From Dehalococcoidia bacterium (GTDB lineage Bacteria; Chloroflexota; Dehalococcoidia; Lucifugimonadales; SHYT01): a stretch of DNA of 64,000 nucleotides. The DNA lies in assembly GCA_009693045.1 (NCBI GenBank), contig SHXZ01000011.1, positions 6,967 to 70,966 on the forward strand, given 5' to 3'. Under the pieces are notes generated by a model. The model was not told the origin of the DNA. It saw only the letters and a program-made list of their open reading frames with translations, and did no database searches. Of the stretch, positions 30,215 through 37,719 are shown one piece after another (the first letter of the stretch is position 1; the number at the start of each line of letters is the position of its first letter). The position numbers and the translations under genes were made by a program.

Positions 30215-30631
30215 ATGCTCCGCTTGCCCAAGCAGTACGTGGATGGCATGGTCAAGCACGCCCAGGAAGACGACCCCGACGAGTGCTGCGGCATCATCGC
30301 GGGCCGCAATGGCCGTCCCACCAAGCTCTACCGCATGACCAACGTGGAGCACAGCCCCTACCGCTACAGCATGGACCCCAAGGAGCTGTTCAAGACCTAC
30401 CGCGAGATAGAGGATAGCGGCTGGGAGGTCATGGCCATCTATCACTCCCACACCCACACCGAGGCCTATCCCTCCGCCACCGACGTCCGCCTGGCAAGCT
30501 GGCCCGAGGCCTTCTACATCCTCGTCTCGCTGATGAACAAGGAGTCGCCCGCCGTCCGCTCCTACCGCATCGTGGACGGCAAGATCATCCCCGAATCGCT
30601 GGAAGTCGCTCCAGGGGAAACCTCCCCCTAA
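30215..30631 (+). CDS. JAMM/MPN+ metalloprotease (Mec/CysO-peptidase-like)
   Basis: EXnHSHXHX7SX2D arrangement: E...CCGII, then HSHTHTEAYPSATD. Confidence 0.85.
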   Translation: MLRLPKQYVDGMVKHAQEDDPDECCGIIAGRNGRPTKLYRMTNVEHSPYRYSMDPKELFKTYREIEDSGWEVMAIYHSHTHTEAYPSATDVRLASWPEAFYILVSLMNKESPAVRSYRIVDGKIIPESLEVAPGETSP

Positions 30632-30728
30632 CCCAAGCCCGTTCCCCTCGTTCTACCTCCTGAATGGGGTGCTCGCTGCGGCCCGGGGCAACGAGGCTCC
30701 AAGACCAGGTGGAAAATGGGAGGAAACC

Positions 30729-31637
30729 GTGAAGAAGCTTCTCATAGCAGTTGTGCTGGCGTTGGTCGCGGCGGCAGTGCTCGTCCCCGTCGTGGTGTTC
30801 GCCTCGCCCTCCAGTGGCGGCGGCTCGCAGCAAGCCGCGTCACAGGCGCGGCCCTGGCTCGGCGTCGCCATCGCGCCCCTCACGCCCCGCGTCGCCGACA
30901 AGCTCGGCCTGTCGGGCAAGACCGGCCTGCTCGTGCGCCAGGTCGTGGCGGATAGCCCGGCCGCCACGGCGGGCCTCAAGCAAAACGACCTGATTACGGC
31001 GGTCAACAGCTCGCCCGTCACTACGCTCAAGGAGCTGGCGGACGCCGCAAGCGCCGCCGGCGTCGGCGGCTCGCTCGCGCTGAGCGTGCTCCGTGACGGT
31101 GCGGCGCTCCCCGCTATCACCATCCAGCTCGCCGAGCGCCCGGCCCGCCCCGCGCTCGCCCACCTTCCATCGCTCCAGCACAGGGGCAAGCTCCATCAGG
31201 GCAGCGCGACCTATGAAGACAAAGACGGCAACGTCGTCACGCTCAGTGTCGTGGCCGGCAGGGTGGCCGCCAAGGGCGACGGCGCCATCACCATCAAGCC
31301 CAACGGCGGCGGAGCGGACATCACCGTGTCTCTCGCCGGCGGCGTCACGCTCGCCAAGGGCGCTCGCGAGGCGACGTTGGACCAGGTGGAGATCGGTTCC
31401 CCGGCCACGATCATCAGCAAGAACGGCCAGGTGCAGCGCGTCCAGGTCGGCGGAGGTTTTCCACACGGCATGCTTCCGGCGTTTCGCGGCGGCATGGGGC
31501 CTCGGCACCATATGATTCCTGGGCACGACATGAAGCCCGAGTTCAAGGGCATGCCGGAGGCACAAAACGGATTCAGGGGGCACATCAACGGTATGCCCGC
31601 CCCGCAGCCTGCACCAGCGTTCAGCGGCGGCATCTAG
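30729..31637 (+). CDS. Membrane-anchored PDZ-domain protein with a Gly/Pro/Met/His-rich C-terminus
   Basis: GTG 30729 is preceded by gggagga. N-terminal TM KKLLIAVVLALVAAAVLVPVVVF. PDZ core GLLVRQVVADSPAATAGLKQNDLITAVN. Confidence 0.7.
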   Translation: MKKLLIAVVLALVAAAVLVPVVVFASPSSGGGSQQAASQARPWLGVAIAPLTPRVADKLGLSGKTGLLVRQVVADSPAATAGLKQNDLITAVNSSPVTTLKELADAASAAGVGGSLALSVLRDGAALPAITIQLAERPARPALAHLPSLQHRGKLHQGSATYEDKDGNVVTLSVVAGRVAAKGDGAITIKPNGGGADITVSLAGGVTLAKGAREATLDQVEIGSPATIISKNGQVQRVQVGGGFPHGMLPAFRGGMGPRHHMIPGHDMKPEFKGMPEAQNGFRGHINGMPAPQPAPAFSGGI

Positions 31638-31662
31638 TCCGGGGAACGTCCCAGCCTCAAGA

Positions 31663-31700
31663 AACGGCCAATGGGGGCGCAAGCGCCCCCGTTGGCCGTT
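31663..31700 (+). terminator. Intrinsic-terminator-like hairpin after the PDZ gene
   Basis: Stem of about 16-18 bp (aacggccaaugggggcgc / gcgcccccguuggccguu, one G-U pair) followed by a U-containing tract guggua. Confidence 0.55.
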
Positions 31701-31853
31701 GTGGTATCAGTCCTGAGCGGAGGTTGGCGGTAATCCATGAGAAGCGCGCCCCAACCCCGTTCGTCTTAAGCCGCGAAGCGCCCTGAGCGAAGCAAACCGG
31801 CTTGTCCAAGGATGAACAGGGTCGGCAACAGGCACGAGTAAGGAGCCGCGCCC

Positions 31854-32369
31854 CTAGCCAAACGACCATCGGGTCGCTGACTTCGTAAAGTCCTTCTCCC
31901 CCCACGCAAACGCAACCGCTGGCCGCAGGCGATACACCCTGGCCGCAGGGCTGCTCACGTCGGGCCGGAAGTGGTACTTCGCGTCATACGCATCCGCAAA
32001 TCTGCCAAGAGCGGCAGGTCCCGTCACCACCTCAACGCTGCCTTCCACGATCACCACGTCGTCGCCGCTTTCCAGGTGCGCCACCGCGTTCGCGTGCGCC
32101 GCCAGGTTCCGCCCCTTGCGCGACTGCACGTCGGTGGAGAAGCAAAACGTCTCGTCCAGCCAGAGGCCCCAGACCGGCATCACGTGGGGCCGTCCGTCGG
32201 GACGCGTGGTTGCACCCCAGTAGTTGCGCGCGTTCGTTAGCCGGTCACGCACTGCGCTCCAGGCGAGCATGCCTGCGGCATCCACTGGCTCAACGCCATA
32301 CGACGCCTCCATGCGAGGACGGCTTGCGCTGGGATCTCGGCGGCGGAGATGTTTGGTTGGCTCCGGCAT
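31854..32369 (-). CDS. Pyridoxamine 5'-phosphate oxidase (PNPOx-like, split-barrel flavin/F420) family protein
   Basis: Family-typical ...NYWGATTRPDGRPHVMPVWGLWLDETFCFST... Confidence 0.7.
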   Translation of the reverse strand: MPEPTKHLRRRDPSASRPRMEASYGVEPVDAAGMLAWSAVRDRLTNARNYWGATTRPDGRPHVMPVWGLWLDETFCFSTDVQSRKGRNLAAHANAVAHLESGDDVVIVEGSVEVVTGPAALGRFADAYDAKYHFRPDVSSPAARVYRLRPAVAFAWGEKDFTKSATRWSFG

Positions 32370-32446
32370 CTACTCCCTCCGCTTCAGTGGTATGAGTAGT
32401 CGTCGCGGTCGGGAAACCCGGAGGACGCGTGCAAAGCACCATTTTT

Positions 32447-32609
32447 TAGGGGGCCTTGGGGGCGGGTAAAATCCTTTCCTCCTTTAGGAGGAAGGTTAGC
32501 AACCAAGTTCCTTCCCCCTTGAGGGGGAAGGTTAGGATAGGGGTGAAATGCGTCTTCCACAGCCACATTTCAGTTTTGTTAGGCGCGGCTAGGGGGCCTT
32601 GGGGGCGGG
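32447..32609 (+). repeat. 123-bp composite hairpin element (two family-A-like hairpins with GGTTAG tails) bounded by a perfect 20-bp direct repeat TAGGGGGCCTTGGGGGCGGG
   Basis: The direct repeats lie at 32447-32466 and 32590-32609. The second copy is the stop codon plus the last six codons of the LMW-PTP gene. Confidence 0.85.
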
Positions 32610-33101
32610 CAGCCCGTGGACGTCCGTCGCTTCCTTCGCCAGCCGGTCCACCAGCTTGCCCACCGCCGCCCATATCTGCGCCGCGCAGTTGCGGTAGACC
32701 ATGATCGGCTTCAGGTACGGGTCGTAGATGTCCCCGCTCCCGTCCACGGACTCCATGAGCGTGAACACCCGGCCGGAAGCGAGCGCGAAGCCCTGCTCCA
32801 GCCGCTGCTTGTGCGTCTCCGTCATGGTAATGACGCGCTCCGCTTCACGCAGCGCGGCCTCCTTCAGCTGGCGCGTCTTGTGAGACGAGAGGTCGGCGCT
32901 GTAGTCGGCGGCGGCCTGGACCGCCTCGTACGACGCGCCCTCCTCAAACGGCGCAATGCCAGCCGACTCCGCCCGCAACGAAAGGCCCTTCTTCTCCGCC
33001 AGCAGGTTGAAGAACGCCGCCGCCATGGGGCTGCGGCACGTGTTCCCAGAGCAGACAAACAGCACCACCGAGCCGGGACCGCCCTGCGCCTGGCCTGCCA
33101 T
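32589..33101 (-). CDS. Low-molecular-weight protein-tyrosine phosphatase / ArsC-like phosphatase
   Basis: P-loop VLFVCSGNTCRSPMA (CX5R-S). ATG 33101 overlaps the cimA TGA (ATGA). Confidence 0.85.
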   Translation of the reverse strand: MAGQAQGGPGSVVLFVCSGNTCRSPMAAAFFNLLAEKKGLSLRAESAGIAPFEEGASYEAVQAAADYSADLSSHKTRQLKEAALREAERVITMTETHKQRLEQGFALASGRVFTLMESVDGSGDIYDPYLKPIMVYRNCAAQIWAAVGKLVDRLAKEATDVHGLPAPKAP

Positions 33102-34684
33102 CAGCTTCTTGTTCCCTGGCGTACCAGCCACCATTCCAGCGCATCGCGCAGCGCTAGCCAGCTCGCCTCAATCACGTTCGCCGATGCCCCCACCGTGCGC
33201 CACACGTTCGTCCCGTCGGTGGACTCAATCAGCACCCGCACCGTCGCGCCCGTGCCGCTTCCCTGGTCAACCACGCGCACCTTGTAGTCCGTCAGCCGCA
33301 CGCGGGAGAGGTCCGGGAAGAACTGCACCAGCGCCTTGCGGAGCGCCGCGTCCAGCGCGTTCACCGGGCCGTTGCCCTCCGCCGCCGTGTGGAACGACTC
33401 GCCCGCCACCTGCACCTTCACCGTCGCCTCCGCGAACGTGTCCTCGTTGCTGCTGACGGCGGGCCGGTGGTGTCGCTCCACCGACACGCGGAAGTCCTCC
33501 AGCACGAAAAGCTGCCGGAAACCGGGCAAGCTGCGCCGCGCCAGCAGCTCAAACGACGCCTCCGCGCCCTCGTACTGGTAGCCCCTGGACTCCTGCTGCT
33601 TCACCATCTCCACCAGGTCACGCACCTGCTCCGGCGTCACCTTCAGCCCCAGCTCGTTCAGCCGGTGCTGGATGTTCCCGCGCCCTGACAGCTCGGACAC
33701 CACGAAGTTGTTCGTGTTGCCGACCTGCTCCGGCACGATGTGCTGGTAGCTCTCCGGCAGCTTCAGCACCGCCGCCGCGTGCAGCCCGCCCTTGTGCGCG
33801 AACGCGCTCGCGCCCACGTACGGCTGCTGGTTGTACGGCGGCAGGTTCACCAGCTCGCTCACGAAGTGGGCGACCTCGGTGAGGCTGCGGAGCTGCTCGT
33901 CCGACACACACCGGATGGCCATCTTGATCTGCAGGTCGGCGACTATGGAGAGCAGGTTGGCGTTGCCGCACCGCTCGCCGTACCCGTTCACCGTTCCCTG
34001 CACCTGCACCGCGCCCGCGCGCACCGCCGCCAGCGTGCTCGCCACCGCCGTGTCCGTGTCGTTGTGCGTGTGGATGCCCAGCCGCGCGTCCACCCGCCCA
34101 AGCACGTCCCGCACGATGCGGTTCACCTCGTCCGGCAGCGCCCCGCCGTTCGTGTCGCACAGTACCACGCAGTCCGCCCCAGCCTCCACCGCGACGCGCG
34201 CGCACTGCACCGCGTAGTCGGCGTTGCCCTTGTACCCGTCAAAGAAGTGTTCCGCGTCGTAGAACACCTTCCGGCCCCGCTTCTTCAGGTAGCCGACGGT
34301 GTCCGCGATCATCGCCAGGTTCTCTTCCAGCGTCGTTTCCAGGATGCGCAGCACCTGCAGCTCCGACGCCTTCCCCACCAGCGTGACGACCGGCGTCTCC
34401 GCGTCCAGCAGCGCTTTGACCTGCGAGTCCCTCTCCACCGCCACGCCCGCGCGGCGCGTGCTGCCGAACGCGGCCAGCTGCGCGTTCTTCAGCTTCAGCG
34501 ACTTCGCCCTCGTGAAGAACTCCGCGTCCTTGGGGTTGGAGCCGGGCCAGCCGCCTTCAATGTACTGCACCCCGAATCCGTCCATCCGCTGCGTGATGCG
34601 CAGCTTGTCTTCCACGGACACGGAGATGCCCTCCTGCTGGGTGCCGTCCCGCAACGTCGTGTCGTACAGCTCAATACCCGCCAT
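33101..34684 (-). CDS. cimA: (R)-citramalate synthase (LeuA-family, CimA type)
   Basis: N-terminus LYDTTLRDGTQQEGISVSVEDKLRI..., HTHNDTDTAVA, and a C-terminal LeuA-dimer regulatory domain. Length is about 527 aa. Confidence 0.85.
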   Translation of the reverse strand: MAGIELYDTTLRDGTQQEGISVSVEDKLRITQRMDGFGVQYIEGGWPGSNPKDAEFFTRAKSLKLKNAQLAAFGSTRRAGVAVERDSQVKALLDAETPVVTLVGKASELQVLRILETTLEENLAMIADTVGYLKKRGRKVFYDAEHFFDGYKGNADYAVQCARVAVEAGADCVVLCDTNGGALPDEVNRIVRDVLGRVDARLGIHTHNDTDTAVASTLAAVRAGAVQVQGTVNGYGERCGNANLLSIVADLQIKMAIRCVSDEQLRSLTEVAHFVSELVNLPPYNQQPYVGASAFAHKGGLHAAAVLKLPESYQHIVPEQVGNTNNFVVSELSGRGNIQHRLNELGLKVTPEQVRDLVEMVKQQESRGYQYEGAEASFELLARRSLPGFRQLFVLEDFRVSVERHHRPAVSSNEDTFAEATVKVQVAGESFHTAAEGNGPVNALDAALRKALVQFFPDLSRVRLTDYKVRVVDQGSGTGATVRVLIESTDGTNVWRTVGASANVIEASWLALRDALEWWLVRQGTRS

Positions 34685-34750
34685 GCTGCCACCTCCTGGG
34701 CGACTCAGCCCTGCCGTGGTGTCTCCATTGCTTCGCCTTGGTCATTTACT

Positions 34751-34785
34751 CCCCTTCCCTTTAGGGAAGGGGCTGGGGGTTAGGT
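34751..34785 (+). repeat. Family-A repeat (consensus-like copy) in the cimA 5' leader
   Basis: ccccttccc-ttta-gggaagggg-ctgggggttaggt, followed by further G-runs to 34800. Confidence 0.9.
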
Positions 34786-34885
34786 GGGTGGGGTGGAGGG
34801 TCGCTCGCTCCGAGCAAACGCCCCTTCCAAAGCGCCACAAGAATCTCCCGTCTCTCCCAACCTATGGTGAGGGGCCGAGCCGCCT

Positions 34886-35288
34886 TCATAAAGAAGAAGG
34901 CCCGCCCAAAGGGACGGGCCTTCACCCGTGGTGCCATCCTTCTTATCTCTGATACACAACCCAGCGCGTCGGGAAACGCTTTGCGGGACGCCATCACGCC
35001 CCTGCCCGCTAACGGTGGGCATTCCGGCGCTGCCTACTTGACCCCGCTCGTCCTTGTCTGCAACCCGTTCGTCCTGGGCCGGACACCGCTCGCCCTGAGC
35101 CGTACCTCCGTTCGTCCTGAGTTTGTCGAAGGACAAGGACACGGAGGAAGAGCATGTTGAGCAACGAACACGAGCATTTCAGCACGCGGCTCGGGAGGGA
35201 TGTTCAGCGCGAGGCTGCCCTATCCGCTTCCACCAGACCGGACTCGCTGTGAGGGGCCGAACACCTACTCGTCTCCGTCAACGCCGTT
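34886..35288 (-). promoter_or_regulatory. T-box riboswitch-like leader upstream of cimA
   Basis: On the minus strand, AGUA lies at 35269-35266. An AGCGA bulge plus GGUGGAA distal loop follow. GAACAUC lies at 35205-35199. The T-box sequence GGAUGGCACCACGGG (34939-34925) overlaps the terminator hairpin 34923-34896, which is followed by a U-rich tract. Confidence 0.6.
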
Positions 35289-35294
35289 GGACTG

Positions 35295-35323
35295 ACGGTA
35301 GCACGGGCGAAACAGGGTGTCAA
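35295..35323 (-). promoter_or_regulatory. Candidate promoter of the cimA leader (TTGACA-N17-TACCGT)
   Basis: -35 at 35323-35318 and -10 at 35300-35295 on the minus strand. Confidence 0.45.
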
Positions 35324-35499
35324 GGCGCGGCCTTCCTCCGCTTCGCTGGCGTCTGAGTCAAGCCGCTCTCCCACATGCCGTCCAGGACCTCAAGCTTCTT
35401 CGCAAACGGCAACTTCCTCTCCCGCTTTGCCCTGCGCTCCTGGTCCCTAAGGAGCTTCTCCAGCAAGCGTATCGTAACGCCGCCTGAGCGTACTGTCAT
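35320..35499 (-). CDS. Possible small ORF (59 aa, basic; MTVRSGGVTIRLLEKLLRDQERRAKRERKLPFAKKLEVLDGMWESG...)
   Basis: Read by hand; it is below the ORF-track size cut-off. It overlaps a second 49-codon ORF (35444-35593, MAIVDVDKGRVFLLDEVVDKSKLRALF...). Local GC is lower. No family recognised. Confidence 0.2.
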   Translation of the reverse strand: MTVRSGGVTIRLLEKLLRDQERRAKRERKLPFAKKLEVLDGMWESGLTQTPAKRRKAAP

Positions 35500-35635
35500 G
35501 GTCTAGCCTCCCGAACAGGGCGCGCAGCTTGCTCTTGTCCACTACCTCATCAAGCAAAAACACACGCCCCTTGTCCACGTCAACAATCGCCATGCTGCAT
35601 TATCCCATCTACACTAACGCAACGACGTTCTTTTT

Positions 35636-35671
35636 CCCCTTCCCTGAAAGGGAAGGGGCTGGGGGTCAGGT
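35636..35671 (+). repeat. Family-A repeat overlapping the methyltransferase stop codon
   Basis: ccccttccc-tgaaa-gggaagggg-ctgggggtcaggt. Confidence 0.9.
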
Positions 35672-36313
35672 TCGTCTCCCCCGCACCACGTACACCGGAT
35701 CGCTGGACTGCCCCAATCGCGAGCCGATGTCCAGCGCCTCCGCCACCTCCCACCCTCCCGAGTGGTGGAAGTACGACGCCACCAGCTCCGCGTGCCCCTC
35801 GTCGCCCAGCCGCTGCCAGATCGCCACCGCCTTCGTGGGGAAGCAGCGGTTCGAGAACACCACGTGGAAGTTCGCGCCAGGCTTCAGCACGCGGTTCACC
35901 TCGCGGAACACCTCCAATGGCTTCGTCAGGTACTGCACCGACACCGTGACCACGGCCGCGTCAAACGTTTCGTCCGCAAAGGGCAGCGTCGGGTCCGCGT
36001 TCACGTCGTGCACCACCCGCTCGTCCAGCTGCGGGTTCTCCGCCAACTCCACCGCGTTCATCCCCAGGCCCACAACCTTCTTGTAGGCGGCCCCCTCCGG
36101 CAAGTGAGACCGCCAGCTGCTCATCAGGTCCAGGATGATCCTGCCATCCCCCGGCAGCGCCTCGCTGTAATAAGCCGTGATGGCCTTGACCGCGGCCTCG
36201 TCCACGTGGACGACCAGCCGTGGCGAGTCGTAGAAGCGTCGGTCGTCGCTCTCATCCTCGCGGCGGAACGCCCACGGCGTGTACGGGCTTGGCTGAGGGG
36301 TTGGCGTAGTCAC
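35666..36313 (-). CDS. Class I SAM-dependent methyltransferase
   Basis: ILDLMSSW...VTVSVQYL...VLKPGANFHVVFSN. GTG 36313 is chosen because the longer ORF overlaps the relE-like gene. The stop codon lies inside the tail of a family-A repeat. Confidence 0.7.
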   Translation of the reverse strand: MTTPTPQPSPYTPWAFRREDESDDRRFYDSPRLVVHVDEAAVKAITAYYSEALPGDGRIILDLMSSWRSHLPEGAAYKKVVGLGMNAVELAENPQLDERVVHDVNADPTLPFADETFDAAVVTVSVQYLTKPLEVFREVNRVLKPGANFHVVFSNRCFPTKAVAIWQRLGDEGHAELVASYFHHSGGWEVAEALDIGSRLGQSSDPVYVVRGRRT

Positions 36314-36318
36314 GTGGG

Positions 36319-36570
36319 TTACCGATATGCTTCGCTGCGGTGCACAACACGAAGGATGGTCACTGTCCGGGCTGCGTCGTTCGCGATAAAAAACACGCGC
36401 CAGTCTCCAACACGCAGCCGGAGTTCGTCCGATCCCCTGAGGCACTTGATGTTGCCGGCGCCCTGGTCAGCCAGCCGCTCTATGGCTCTGACCACGCACG
36501 CGGCTATGGTTCGGTCCAATGCGCGTATTTGCTTAGCCGCCTCGTCTTCATAGTTGATCAGTCGGCTCAC
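36319..36570 (-). CDS. RelE/ParE-family type II toxin
   Basis: 83 aa, ...LRVGDWRVFFIANDAARTVTILRVVHRSEAY. The GTG start overlaps the antitoxin TGA (GTGA). Confidence 0.75.
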   Translation of the reverse strand: MSRLINYEDEAAKQIRALDRTIAACVVRAIERLADQGAGNIKCLRGSDELRLRVGDWRVFFIANDAARTVTILRVVHRSEAYR

Positions 36571-36827
36571 AACCCCAACTCGTACTTCAGGGTTTCATTG
36601 GTTACCACTCGACCCGATTTGACCGCCTTCCGAGCGCGGCGAAGCGCCACACGGTCTTCCTCGGAAACAGGCTCATCATCCAGCGGCGCGTTGAGAATTG
36701 CCTGGCGTACTGGATCGGGCTGAATGCTAAGGAACTCCAGGTATCGCCGCGCGTGTTCCAGTTCGCTCACCGGAAGCTTGTCAACCAGCTTGCGGACTTC
36801 TTTCCGAACATCTTGCAGTGTAGCCAT
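36567..36827 (-). CDS. Putative antitoxin partner of the RelE/ParE toxin
   Basis: 86-aa acidic protein translationally coupled upstream of the toxin. No family assigned from sequence alone. Confidence 0.55.
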   Translation of the reverse strand: MATLQDVRKEVRKLVDKLPVSELEHARRYLEFLSIQPDPVRQAILNAPLDDEPVSEEDRVALRRARKAVKSGRVVTNETLKYELGL

Positions 36828-36891
36828 GTCACATCACCTGTTTTGTTTAGTGCTATGCTAGCCCATACCATCCGCTCGGACAAGGAACCGT

Positions 36892-37653
36892 ATGGCCGCC
36901 CACGAGCTGTACCTGCTCCCCTCCGGCACGCTGGCCCTGCCGCGCTCCACCCTCGTCCGTGGCTCGTCGCAGACCCAGGAGGAGCTGCTGCCCGTGTACA
37001 GCGCCCTCATCCGTACCGACGACGGCGACATCGTGTTTGACACCGGCCTGGACCCAGACGGCAACCGCGACCCCTCAGCGCTCGGTGCCGGTGCCGCGCG
37101 CATGCTCCGCAGCTTCACCGAGCAGGACGACCTCCGCAGCCGCCTCCGCGACGCCGGCGCCTCCGAGGACAAGGTCGCCGCCGTCGTTCCCTCCCACTTC
37201 CACTTTGACCACATCGGCGCGCTGCGTTTTTTCACCCGCTCCAAGGTCTACGTCCAGAACGCCGAGCACCGCATGGCCACGCACCCGGACCTCCGCTACA
37301 CCGCCAGCCGCAAGCTCTTTGACCATCCGCTTGACTACCATCTCATTGACGGCGACACGCAGATCGTCCCCGGCGTCTGGGCGCTGGCGACTTACGGCCA
37401 CACGCCGGGCCACCAGAGCCTGGTGTTTACGCTCCCCGAGACGGGTGTAGTCGTCCTTACCGGCGACGCCGTGTACACCTGAGAGAACTTCACCACCGAG
37501 CGCACGTCAGCCAACGCCTACGACTTCCAGCAAGCGTTGGAGTCCATCAAGAAACTCAAGGCGTTCGCCGCCTTCACCGAGGCCGCCGTCATCCCCAGCC
37601 ACGACCCCGACCTGTGGAAGTGGGCGCAGCCGTTCCCCTTCTGCTACAAGTAA
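36892..37653 (+). pseudogene. MBL-fold hydrolase (AHL-lactonase-like) with an in-frame TGA at 37480-37482
   Basis: HFHFDHIGAL and GHTPGH motifs lie before the TGA. After it the same frame continues with high GC3 through ...VIPSHDPDLW... (conserved C-terminal His/Asp) to TAA 37651-37653. Confidence 0.7.
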
Positions 37654-37719
37654 TACCATCACCTTCTCGCGGAGATTTGTGTAATCTATGGATGGTCCCC
37701 CCGGAGAAGAGGGAAAGCC

